45,562 bases of DNA from Nemertoderma westbladi (lineage: Eukaryota; Animalia; Xenacoelomorpha): NCBI GenBank assembly GCA_032718475.1, contig JAUCBJ010005501.1, positions 1 to 45,562 of the forward strand, in the 5' to 3' direction. The position numbers and the translations under genes are program-made. Numbering within the stretch: the first letter of the stretch is position 1; every line of letters begins with the position of its first letter. This document shows, piece after piece, positions 23,601 through 35,808 of the stretch. The notes under the pieces are model-generated. The model searched no databases, was not told the DNA's origin, and was given only the letters and a program-made list of their open reading frames with translations.

Positions 23601-26600
23601 GCATCTACTACAGCATAGGCTGTACCTTTACGGAGTCGATCTGAAAGTGATCATTTTCTGGAAATTTTGTTATTTACAATCTGCCTAAAGTTGAAATTTG
23701 ACAGTTATCTCTTATGGGGGTGGTGTTTTATTTAATGATGGTGTCTGTTCCATATGCAGTTCTCAAATCTCCCACACATAGTCATATATCATCTGCAGGT
23801 GCACTAGAAAGCTGTGGCCCGAAGGGCCACAGGCTTTCTAGTCTATATATATAAATATCGATTGTCTGTCTGTGTGTTTGTCATCGGCTATACAATCGAA
23901 CCCATCTCGATGAAATCTCGCTTGCTATATCTCGTTAGAAAGGTCTCGCCCTAACTCGTTGCAACGTAATACTCAGAGCCGTCGGAAGTTCGCCCGTCTG
24001 CCGCTGGGCGATTTTCGGGCGAAATTTATCGAATTATTTCGGTTCTTCTATCGGTAATTAATGATTTAGAGGGCTAACATTTATCCCACCTGGTATAAAA
24101 TTAACATGGGTAGATTCGCCGTGTCCCATTCTCACAAAGTTTTTATTTTATTCGAGTGTTTAATATAAATATGTATGATTATTTATTGATTAAAAAGCAA
24201 ATAGTGTATAAATATGTCATATTCGCCAAGCACGATCGAATTGGCCTATTCTTATTGAATAGGGAAGGATTTTTTTCTGTATCATAGCAACGTTAAGGTA
24301 ATTATTGAACTCGCAGCTAGCTGGCTGGGCACAGATAAGGAGCAAGCAGGCTGGAGTGTTGATTGGGGTGGGTTTGGGTTGTCTATTGCGAATTGCTCAA
24401 GAGTAATTCTGCTTTCTCAATCATTGGCTGCATGGAAGGAGAGGGTTATAACATTTTTGTTTTACTGTTATGAATATTAAAAGTAAAATAATTATTTCTG
24501 TAGGCCTATACTTACTGTATTATTATTTTATCTAATATTATACATCTAATCTCCATGAAATCTCGCTTACTATAGCTCGTTAGATAGGTCTCGCCCTAAC
24601 TCGTTGCAACGTAATACTCAGAGCCGTCTGAAGTTCCCCCGTCTGCCGCTAGAGGGCGAATTGTCCGATAGTGAAAACCTGATCTCATTGGGTTGTTTTT
24701 AATGCTTTTGTGCTGAAACTTGGTAGCTATATACTGCAGCATAGGCTGTATATTTCCGGAGTCTCTGAGTTTCCACCAGTATATTTCCGGAGTTGTCCAC
24801 AGTTTCCCAGTCTACCGTTAGAGGGCTAAATGTCTGAGAGTTAACATCTTCTCCAACTTTGTTATTTACAATCCGTTTAGATTGAAACTTGGTAGGCATC
24901 TACTACAGCAAAGGCTGTATCTTTACTGAGTCGCAGAGTCGTCTACATTTCCCCAGTCTACCGCTAGAGGGCGAAATGTCTGAAAGTTAACATCTTCTCC
25001 AACTTTGTTATTTATAATCCATTTAGACTGAACTTGGTAGGCATCTACTACAGCATAGGCTATATCTTTACTGAGTCGCGCAGAGTTGTCTACATTACCC
25101 GCGTCTGCCGCTAGAGGGCGAAATGTATGAAAGTTAACATCTCCTCCAACTTTGTTATTTACAATCCTTTTAGACTGAAACTTGGTAGGCATCTACTATA
25201 GCATAGGCTATATCTTTGCGGAGTAGAGTCATCTACAGTTCCACAGTCAGCCGCTAGAGGGCGAATTGTCTGATAGTGAAAACCTCATCCCATTTGGTTC
25301 TTTTTAATCATTTTGAGCTGAAACTTGGTTGGTATCTACTACATCATAGGCTGTATCTTTACGGGGTTGCAGAATCCTATTCACTTCCCCAGTCTACCGG
25401 TTAGAGGGTGAAATGTCTGAAAGTTAACATCTTCTTCAACTTTGTTATTTACTAACGGTTTAGACTGAAACTTGGTAGGCTTCTACTGCAGCATAGGCTG
25501 TACCTTTACGGAGTCACAGAGTTCTATACATTCCGTATCTGCCGCTAGAGGGCGAAATATCTGATAGTGAACACCTCATCCCATTTGGTTCTTTTTAATC
25601 CTATTGAGCTGGAACTTGGCAGGAATCTACTACAGCATATTCTGTATCTTTACGGAGTCCCAGAGTCGTCTACAGTTCTTCAGTCTACCGCTAGAGGGTG
25701 AAATGTCTGAATGTGAACATCTACACCAATTTTGTTATTTACAATCTGTTTAAGCTGAAACTTGAAAGGCAGGCATTTTACTTCACCATAAACCCCATCT
25801 TTACCAAACTGCAGCGCCGTCTGCATTTCACCAGTCCGCAGGTAGAGGGTGGATCTGAAAGTGATCATTTTCTGGAAATTTTGTTATTTACAATCTGCCT
25901 AAAGTTGAAACTTGACAGTTATCTCTTATGGGGGTGGTGTTTTATTTAATGATGGTGTCTGTTCCGTATGCAGTTATCAAATCTCCCACACATATTCATA
26001 TATCATCTGCATGTGCACTAGAAAGCTGTGGCCCGAAGGGCCACAGGCTTTCTAGTAGTGTATAAATATGTCATATTCGCCAAGCACGATCGAATTGGCC
26101 TATTGCTATTGAATAGGGAAGGATTGTTTTCTGTATCATAGCAACGTTAAGGTAATTATTGAACTCGCAGCTAGCTGGCTGGGCACAGATAAGGAGCAAG
26201 CAGGCTGGAGTGTTGATTGGGGTGGGTTTGGGTTGTCTATTGCTAATTGCTCAGAGTAATTCTGCTTTTTCAATCATTGGCTGCATGGAAGGAGAGGTTT
26301 ATAACATTTTTGTTTTACTGTTATGAATATTAAAAGGAAAATAATTATTTCTGTAGGCCTATACTTACTGTATTATTATTTTATCTAATAGTATACATCT
26401 AATCTCGATGAAATCTCGCTTACTATAGCTCGTTAGATAGGTCTCGCCCTAAGTCGTTGCAACGTAATACTCAGAGCCGTCTGAAGTTCCCCCGTCTGCC
26501 GCTAGAGGGCGAATTGTCCGATAGTGAAAACCTGATCTTATTGGGTTGTTTTTAATGCTTTTGAGCTGAAGCTTGGTAGCTATATACTGCAGCATAGGCT

Positions 26601-27978
26601 GTATTATTTAACTGCAGCATAGGCTGTATATTTCCGGAGTCACTGAGTTGTCTTCAGTTCCCCAGTCTAACGTTAGAGGGCTAAATGTCTGAGAGTTAAC
26701 ATCTTCTCCAACTTTGTTATTTACAATCCGTTTAGACTGAAACTTGGTAGGCATCTACTACAGCATAGGCTGTATCTTTACTGAGTAGCTGAGTCGTCTA
26801 CAATTCCCCGGTCTACCGCTAGAGGGCGAAATGTCTGAAAGTTAACATCTTCTCCAACTTTGTTATTTTTAATGCTTTTGAGCTGAAACTTGGTAGCTAT
26901 ATACTGCAGCATAGGCTGTATATTTCCGGAGTCACTGAGTCGTCTACAATTCCCCAGTCTACCGCTAGAGGGCGAAATGTCTGAAAGTTAACATCATCTC
27001 CAACTTTGTTATTTATAATCCGTTTAGACTGAACTTGGTAGGCATCTACTACAGCATAGGCTATATCTTTACTGAGTCGCGCAGTGTTGTCTACAGTACC
27101 TGTGTCTGCCGCTAGAGGGCGAAATGTATGAAAGTTAACATCTTCTCCAACTTTGTTATTTACAATCCTTTTAGACTGAAACTTGGTAGGCATCTACTAT
27201 AGCATAGGCTATATCTTTGCGGAGTTGTAGAGTCGTCTACAATTCCCCAGTCTACCGCTAGAGGGCGAAATGTCTGAAAGTTAACATCTTCTCCAACTTT
27301 GTTATTTTTAATGCTTTTGAGCTGAAACTTGGTAGCTATATACTGCAGCATAGGCTGTATATTTCCGGAGTCACTGATTTGTCTACAGTTCCCCAGTCTA
27401 CCGTTAGAGGGCTAAATGTCTGAGAGTTAACATCTTCTCCAACTTTGTTATTTACAATCCGTTTAGACTGAAACTTGGTAGGCATCTACTATAGCATAGG
27501 CTATATCTTCGCTGAGTAGTAGAGACGTCTACAGTTCCACAGTCAGCCGCTAGAGGGCGAATTGTCTGATAGTGAAAACCTCATCCCATTTGGTTCTTTT
27601 TAATCTTTTTGAGCTAAAACTTGGCAGGTATCTACTACATCATAGGCTGTATCTTTAGGGAGTTGCAGAGTCCTATCAGCCTATACACTTCCCCAGTCTA
27701 CTGTTATTTACTAACGGTTTAGACTGAAACTTGGTAGGCATCTACTACAGCTTAGGCTGTACCTTTACGGAGTCGATCTGAAAGTGATCATTTTCTGGAA
27801 ATTTTGTTATTTACAATCTGCCTAAAGTTGAAATTTCACAGTTATCTCTTATGGGGGTGGTGTTTTATTTAATGATGGTGTCTGTTCCATATGCAGTTCT
27901 CAAATCTCCCACACATAGTCATATATCATCTGCAGGTGCACTAGAAAGCTGTGGCCCGAAGGGCCACAGGCTTTCTAG
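20613..27978 (+). mobile_element. Host Helitron (20613-20993 + 26056-27978) interrupted by two tandem Helitron units (20994-23841, 23842-26055)
   Basis: Intact copies read AAATCAAA-TAGTGTATAA; here AAATCAAA|TCTAATA...CTAG|TAGTGTATAA. Confidence 0.88.
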
Positions 27979-29544
27979 TCTATATATATAAATATCGATT
28001 GTCTGTCTGTGTGTTTGTCATCGGCTATACAATCGAACCCATCTCGATGAAATCTCGCTTGCTATAGCTCGTTAGAAAGGTCTCGCTCTAACTCGTTGCA
28101 ACATAATACTCAGAGTCGTCTGAAGTTCGCCCGTCTGCCGCTAGAGGGCGATTTTCGTGATTTTCGGGCGAAATTTATCGAATTCTTTCGGTTCTTCTAT
28201 CGGTAATTAATGATTTAGAGGGCTAACATTTATCCCACCTGGTATAAAATTAACATGGGTAGATTCGCCGTGTCCCATTCTCACAAAGTTTTTATTTTAT
28301 TCGAGTGTTTAATATAAATATGTATGATTATTTATTGATTAAAAATCAAATAGTGTATAAGTATGTCATATTCGCCAAGCACGATCGAATTGGCCTATTC
28401 TTAGTGCTGTAGTGAATAGGGAAGGATTTTTTTCTGTATCATAGCAACGTTAAGGTAATTATTGAAATCGCAGCTAGCTGGGCACAGATAAGGAGCAAGC
28501 CAGGCTGTAGTGTTGATTGGGGTGGGTTTGGGTTGTCTGTTGCTAATAATAATAGTAATTCTGCTTTCTCAATCATTGGCTGCATGGAAGGAGAGGTTTA
28601 TAACATTTTTGTTTTACTGTTATGAATATTAAAAGTAAAATAATTATTTCTGTAGGCCTATACTTACTGTATTATTATTTTATCTAATATTATACATCTA
28701 ATCTCGATGAAATCTCGCTTACTATAGCTCGTTAGATAGGTCTTGCCCTAACTCGTTGCAACGTAATACTCAGAGCCGTCTGAAGTTCCCCCATCTGCCG
28801 CTAGAGGGCGAATTGTCCGATAGTGAAAACCTGATCTTATTGGGTTGTTTTAATGCTTTTGAGCTGAAACTTGGTAGCTATATACTGCAGCATAGGCTGT
28901 ATATTTCCGGAGTCACTGAGTTGTCCACAGTTCCCCAGTCTACCGTTGGAGGGCTAAATGTCTGAGAGTTAACATCTTCTCCAACTTTGTTATTTACAAT
29001 CCGTTTAGACTGAAACTTGGTAGGCATCTACTACAGCATAGGCTGTATCTTTACTGAGTCGCAGAGTCGTCTACAATTCCCCAGTCTACCGCTAGAGGGC
29101 GAAATGTCTGAAAGTTAACATCTTCTCCAACTTTGTTATTTATAATCCATTTAGACTGAACTTGGTAGGCATCTACTACAGCATAGGCTATATCTTTACT
29201 GAGTCGCGCAGAGTTGTCTACATTACCCGCGTCTGCCGCTAGAGGGCGAAATGTATGAAAGTTAACATCTCCTCCAACTTTGTTATTTACAATCCTTTTA
29301 GACTGAAACTTGGTAGGCATCTACTATAGCATAGGCTATATCTTTGCGGAGTAGTAGAGTCGTCTACAGTTCCACAGTCGGCCGCTAGAGGGCGAATTGT
29401 CTGATAGTGAAAACCTCATCCCATTTGGTTCTTTTTAATCATTTTGAGCTGAAACTTGGTTGGTATCTACTACATCATAGGCTGTATCTTTATGGGGTTG
29501 CAGAATCCTATTCACTTCCCCAGTCTACCGCTAGAGGGTGAAAT

Positions 29545-29857
29545 GTATGATTACTGGTAACTGGTTATATTGCACGGTGGCCTTATTGCTACTCAATCGA
29601 TGCCTTTCCCCCCTCTGATTGGTTGATACCCCTGTTGGCACCCTTTGCCCCCCTCTGAAGTGCTTCCCTTCGCCCTTGCTGTTCTCTCTCTTGTCAGGGG
29701 AGTAACCCCTGACCCTTATTGTGTGTGTCTCCTTTGGGGCCTATTGTCCCCGTTTACTGGGCTGACACGAGGTTGATTGGTAATCAACCTCGTGCTCCCA
29801 ATATTGCTTTATGGCTCACTCTATGGGTTTGTGTTAGCGGAATTGGATAAGCTAACA
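29545..29857 (-). repeat. 3' LTR (U3 part only)
   Basis: Identical by eye to 35959-36271; begins TGTTAGC on the minus strand right after the PPT. Confidence 0.9.
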
Positions 29858-29866
29858 CTCCCCCCC
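29858..29866 (-). other. Polypurine tract
   Basis: Minus strand GGGGGGGAG directly before the LTR TG. Confidence 0.75.
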
Positions 29867-30229
29867 ATGCTATCTTCCCGGTGAGAAGATAGCATCCAAC
29901 TCAAGTGCGCTACAATTCCGCTGGATCCCGATCTATTATCGGGTGTGGGGTGGGTCTATTTTTTCGGAGTCGGCTTTCCAGGCCGCTCCCTATGGGTATG
30001 ATGTCACTACCCTCTGGCGTCTCGTGTCGGGCCGATCGTGCGCTTCTCTCACACAATTTTTGTTTCCCCAACACTCTCACCATTCTACTCCAACTCTCGC
30101 ATACCCCCGGACCTCCTCGTCCCACACTCTTTCTCTCACTTCTCCTCCCCCACACTTGAATTGCGCCCACGCTCTCTTCGCACTCCGCACTATTACTCCA
30201 TCCCTCCTTGTCACTCCCTAAGGCTTTAA

Positions 30230-31920
30230 TCTCTAATGCTACCCCTGTGCTATCATACTATCTACCTACTGCTTACTAACTCTAACTATCTAACTAACTC
30301 TGCTAACTACTAACTCTTACTACTTCTAGCTCTAACTGAGAGCCTCTAACTTTCTACTGACTCTAACTCTCTACTAAGTCTAACTAACTCCTACTAGCTC
30401 TCTACTTCTACTAACTCTACTTGACTCCTCTGAGTCTACCAGCTCTGCTAACTAGCTCTACTAACTCTACTCCACTAGCTCTGCTAACTCTACTCCACTA
30501 GCTCTGCTAACTCTACTAACTAGCTCTACTAACTCTACTCCACTCTTCTAACTACGTGGCGCTTGCGGTGCCCACAACCACTCTACTATCTGGCACCCTA
30601 TGTGCCCTCTCTTCTACTCTACTCTATCTCTAACTTTACTACCTGGCACCCTATGTGCCCGTCTCTACTATTCTACTCTATCTCTAACTTTACTACCTGG
30701 CACCCTATGTGCCCTCTCTGTTACTCTACTACCTGGCACCCTATGTGCCCTCTCTACTACACTACTACCTCTCTAACTTACTACCTGGCACCCTATGTGC
30801 CCGTCTCTACTCTTCTACATCCCCTTTACGTCTCATCGCCTACACGTGACGCTCTGAGTGCCGGCAGAGTGGGTACGTTAATTATGTGAACTACTACTGA
30901 CTCTACTAACTCTACTAACTCTCTTCTAACTCTACTAACTCTTTTTGTGCCCGGCACCTCTTGTGCACGGCACCTTCTAACTCTACTAACTCTCTACGTG
31001 GCGCTAACGGTGCCCACAACCACAACCGGTACTACGTACCCTCTTACTAACTCTACCTCTATCTACGTGGCGCTAACGGTGCCCACAACCACAACCGGTA
31101 CTACTACGTACCCTCTTACTAACCTCTAACTCCCACTAACTCTAATTAACATACCCTGCTCTTACATCACACACATCATCACGCCCGTGCCCCACTAAGT
31201 TCAGCGCATTCCCTACTAACTCTAACTACGTGGCGCTTACGGTGCCCACAACCCTCTACTGCTACTACTAACACCTCTAACTAGCGGTACTACGTACCCT
31301 CTTACTACTCTAGCTCTCTCTACTAGCTAGCGGTACTACGTACCCTCTTACTCTTACTAACTCTCTAACGGTACTACGTACCCCTTAACTCCTACTCTCT
31401 AACGGTACTGCGTACCCTCTAACTCTCTAACTATCGGTACTACGTACCCTCTAACTCTAACTAACTCTAGGTACTACGTACCTACTAACTCTAACTAACT
31501 CTAGGTACTACGTACCTACTAACTCTCTAACTATCGGTACTACGTACCCTCTAACTCTAACTAACTAGCGGTACTTCCGTACCCTCTATCTCTAACTAAC
31601 TAGCGGTACTTACGTACCCTCTAACTCTCTTCTACTAACGGTACTACACGTACCCTCCTACTAACTCTTCTACTAACGGTACTACACGTACCCTCTAACT
31701 CTCTTCTACTAACGGTACTACGTACCTACTTAACTCCTACTCTCTAACGGTAGAGAGACTCTCTAACTCTAGGTACTACGTACCTACTAACTCTAACTCT
31801 GATTAGGTACTACGTACCTACTAACTCTCTAACTAGCGGTACTTACGTACCCTCTTTAACTAACTAACTAACTGACTAACTAACTAACTCTTACTACCTA
31901 ACTTCTACCTACTCTATTAT
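30230..31920. repeat. Low-complexity/tandem-repeat 3' region of the LTR element
   Basis: CTACTAACT-type repeats, 5x CTGGCACCCTATGTGCCC (~30590-30802), 4x CTACGTGGCGCT.(A/G)CGGTGCCCACAACC, ~18x GGTAC-n3/6-GTACC (31028-31851). Confidence 0.9.
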
Positions 31921-31942
31921 TTAATTATTTTCTTAATTTTAA

Positions 31943-34900
31943 TTAAATAATTATTTTATATTTTGTGCGTGGGAAGGGCGTCTCGCCCTCATTCCCACCC
32001 CCCTCAGTCCAAAACTTTGGACGACTAAAAACTCTCACGTGCCCCTTCTTCCGGTAGGCACTCTCCTGCTGCCCTCCTATACGTCCTCTAGCTCTTCGCC
32101 ACACTCTCTTCGGTGCCACCTTTACTGGCCTCCCCCTTCGTATGTGCGCTGGCATTAGGGCCCTCGACGACCCCCGCTCGTCCCTCGGTATACGCGGTGT
32201 CTGCCCGTGCAATGCCCCCTCGCACTGTGTCCGTCCTGTGTGTGTATGCAACACGCCTCCTTCTACTTTCCCGACTCCCTTATGTTTTCTAATGGGCTTC
32301 TCTGCCCCTGGTTTAGTCCTTTCATATCCTCTCTCTTTCCAACACTCTCCGGATCTGTGTCCTTTTACCACACATCGATGACATAGTCCGTTTGCGTCTG
32401 TGTAGGCTACACGATCTCGTTTGGGCAACGCTTGCCAATACTTGCAACTCCTGGTCTTGTGGGTTCCGTCCCGATGTAATTGACATTGGAATCTTGGATT
32501 ATAGCGTTTCCTGTATAGTCCTTCACGTATCGCGCTTAGGTTTATATGTACCGATTTAATGTTTTGGTTGTCTAGACTCGGCCTACTGGGTATATTGGGA
32601 TTGTGTTTATTTATGGTGTTATTTTCTTTCTGTCCCTGCCACGGTGTGGCCCTGCTCCCAGCTAACTGTGGACTGGTAGTCCCCTGTATGGCCGCGTGTG
32701 GTGGTGACTGTCCGCACGACCTGTTCTCGTCCAGGGAGTTCGATGTTCTCGCTCCTATCGGGGTACATTGTCGATATTGTAATGGGGGAATGTCACCCTG
32801 TCCCCCCCCAGCCGGTATGTTTGGTACTGGGGTTGATGTTAATACATTGGGGCCCATACGTCTATCTCCAATAACTCCCCCCTCCCCTGGATATATGTTA
32901 TGTCCCTGTGTATTATAGTCATGCTGCTGTACCGATATAGGCCTACCTACCTCTCGCCTATCTACCGGTATGTACTCCGCGACTTCCGGGTTTAATCCCG
33001 TCGTTCGCGCTACCCCATCGCCTACTCTATCTCTCCCAGCATGGCCTATAATAGTATGTGCAGTAAGGCCTACAGTATGTCCTGCAGTCTGCATGTGCCC
33101 TTCCGAACCGAAGTTTATTCTTCGCGAATCTCGAATCTCCCCGCGACTACTGCACTCTCGATCGGCAGCTATATCCCGTCGGGAAGCTTCCCTTCGATCC
33201 CCTATCCTGCTCTCGTCTTCGTATTGGTACGTCTTGTACCCCTCTCTTGGCGTGCGGTGCGTTTCTCCGGGGCGACGGCAATCTCCCGAAGTTCGACCCC
33301 ACTGGCCCCCTGTCTCCATCTCTACTATCGACGGTTCGTTATCCGTCCTCGCGCTGCTATCGTTCGTGGCGACACTTCTTCTACTATCTTCTCTTCTTCT
33401 CTTTTCTGTGTAGTATTCCGGCTCGTGAGATCTCTCGTCGACCTCCCGGTTAAACTCCACTCTTCCTCCTCCCTCTTCTGATCGGGCTCGACGCTTCGTC
33501 TGCCCTCTCGCGACGTCAACCTGCCTCTCTCTACTCGATCGCACGCCGCTGGGGATACTCGCAATCCCCCTATTACTCTCCGTCGCCGGGTGTTGCGGTT
33601 TACCTGATTCGGCCCGCGCATTATCCGCTGACGGCTGTGGGACACTCTCTGCCCCCCCTCTCTCTCTACTAATCTCTCGCGGTGGGGTGCCCGCAGCCCC
33701 CCCCCCCACCCGCCACTTCTAACTTCACTATTTCTTACTACACTTCTATACCCCTCTTGTGGGGCATTCTCTGCCCCCCCTCTCTCGCCACTAATCTTAT
33801 GTGGTGGGGCGCCCGTAGCCCCCCCCCACCCGCCACATCTAACTTCACTATCTCTTACTTCGTCTCTACACCCCTCTCTAGTCGACGCACTGTCTCTACT
33901 ACGGCTGGGTCTATTCACCCCCGCCTCTCTCTCTACTACTGCGTGGCCCACCAGGCCTACTTCGGGTTGGCTCAACCCCGCTACCTCCTGCCTACCAACT
34001 ACGTGGCCTACCAGGCCGCCGTCGGGTTGGCTCAACCCTGCCACTTCCTGCCTACTAACTACGTGGCCTACCAGGCCACCGTCTGCCGGGTCATGTACGT
34101 CCGACACGCTCATATTAATAGCACCATTCCCAATATTATTTGTTAAATCAATTAAATTATTAGAATTTGAAACGGAATTATTATTTAAATTATTTAAATT
34201 ACTTAGATCACTACTATTCTCTAAACTTAAATTATTATTCGAATTATTTTGCGGGTTTGAATTGAAATTATTATTTAGAATATTTGTATTTAAATTTAAA
34301 TTACTACTACCCGGTAAAATATTATTTCCTGTAATAAAGGGATTAGGGTTATCTACTACGGTACTATTAATATTAACTGTCTCTAACGTACTACTACTAC
34401 CCCCCCCGCCCGTACGGCTACACCAGTTCTGGCTCTCTCGCCCGGTGCCTGTAAGTGGGGGCTCACTCTCTGATATCTCCAACCGCGCCAGTTCTAGTCG
34501 GCGCCGTTTAAGTTTGGCCCGATATTGCGCAAGCAGCGCCAGTCGGTCAAGCAAAAGATATCGCTCACGCTTTTGCTTTAACTCTCTCTCTCCGCACTCT
34601 CGGGACTCTCTCGCAAGCATCCCAGGCTGCCTCGCCGGCTCGCTCTCTATTCTCCCGGTTATTATCGCGATATGCTCCCGCTCTCTACGCTCCTCGGCCC
34701 TCTCTCTATCCTCCCTTACCAACTCTAATAATGCGGTTTGCTCTCTCAATTGCCCCTCTAACTGTTTCCGCTCTGCCGCCGCCTTTTCTAATTTATACGC
34801 CACGCGTTCACTCTCTCGCACCCTTCTTTCTTTTGCGGAGGATGTAGCAGACTTATCGGTTGCGACGGACTCCCGTCGCCCCTCCGTCCTACTAACTTTC

Positions 34901-35661
34901 CCCCGCTTCCCGGAACTTCCTCCGACCGACGAGACCGAATCCTCGGAGTTAACCTCGGATTCGCCCTCCCCAGGTCTCTTCCAACCCACTAACCTAAATT
35001 CCCTGGCATCGACTAAGTATGGCCCTATGTACACTACACCAGGCCCCATACCCCTACGTTCCCATAGTTTAAACAGTTCGAAGGCAACCCCTCTCGCTCG
35101 CTCCCTGGCCAGTTCTCCCTGCCCAGAACGCACTAGGTGATCAAAGTATCTGTTCGACTCACCTAGTCGTCTCCTCAGTCTCACCTCGTCTATCTTCGCC
35201 CCTCCTTTGGCCTCTCTCAGTTGCTCCCTGGTCGCGAGGTAGGCCCGTCGAAGTCGATCAGAAACCCCGACGTCCTCGTCGCCGACCTCTCCTCTGTCTC
35301 TCCGGGTCCGACGTCGTACCGACGGCCCCACCGTCGCCGTTCCGGTGGACCGTTTGTCGTCCTCGGCCTGTGGCGGACCGGCGACATCGGTTCGTCGACC
35401 CTCGCTCCGCGTCGACTCGTCTTTCTCTTCTCCTCCCGACTCGTCTCCTCTACTCGACTCGCTCTCTCCTGGTAGACGACCCCCCACACCTTGGTTCGCC
35501 GTGTTGCTCGTTATCGACGTGGCGTCAACGTGCGTCGACGTGGTCGGCGTAGCATCGACCGGCGTCGTGGGTTCGCATCGTCTCGCCGTGGCCTCGCGGA
35601 TCGTTAGATCGTCGTCCGGGGTCCGCGGCGGTGTCGTTCCTTTCTCTCCTATTCGGCTCAT
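31943..35661 (-). CDS. Gag-derived ~1240-aa protein, split by one frameshift in a homopolymer run (33697-33707)
   Basis: First true ATG at 35661 (MSRIGEK; the track's start at 35868 is GTG). Charged coiled-coil-like region, Asn-rich tract, peptide repeats, and C-terminal CQLH...HKTRSC...LCHRCVVKGHRSGEC knuckles (CX2CX4HX4C) of BEL/Pao type. Confidence 0.7.
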
Positions 35662-35808
35662 CTTTGTCTTTGGTGTCAGTCTATCACTGTCAGGGCAGCT
35701 GGGCGGATCTAGTTCTGTCACTGTGACGGGATCTACGGATCCCGGTTTATCCGTTTGGGTTTTCTGCCCACGCGTCCCCGCCGTGTGTGAAAGGTAAAAG
35801 AGTTCTGA

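Noticed and set aside
9650-29320. Recurrent 60-98-aa ORFs (MKCLNVNI..., MPTKFQSK..., MGVVFYL...)
   Set aside because: Translations of the non-coding Helitron body; some cross unit junctions; no Rep or helicase motifs.
32142-35797. Plus-strand ORFs up to 292 aa
   Set aside because: Antisense shadows of the purine-rich minus-strand ORF.
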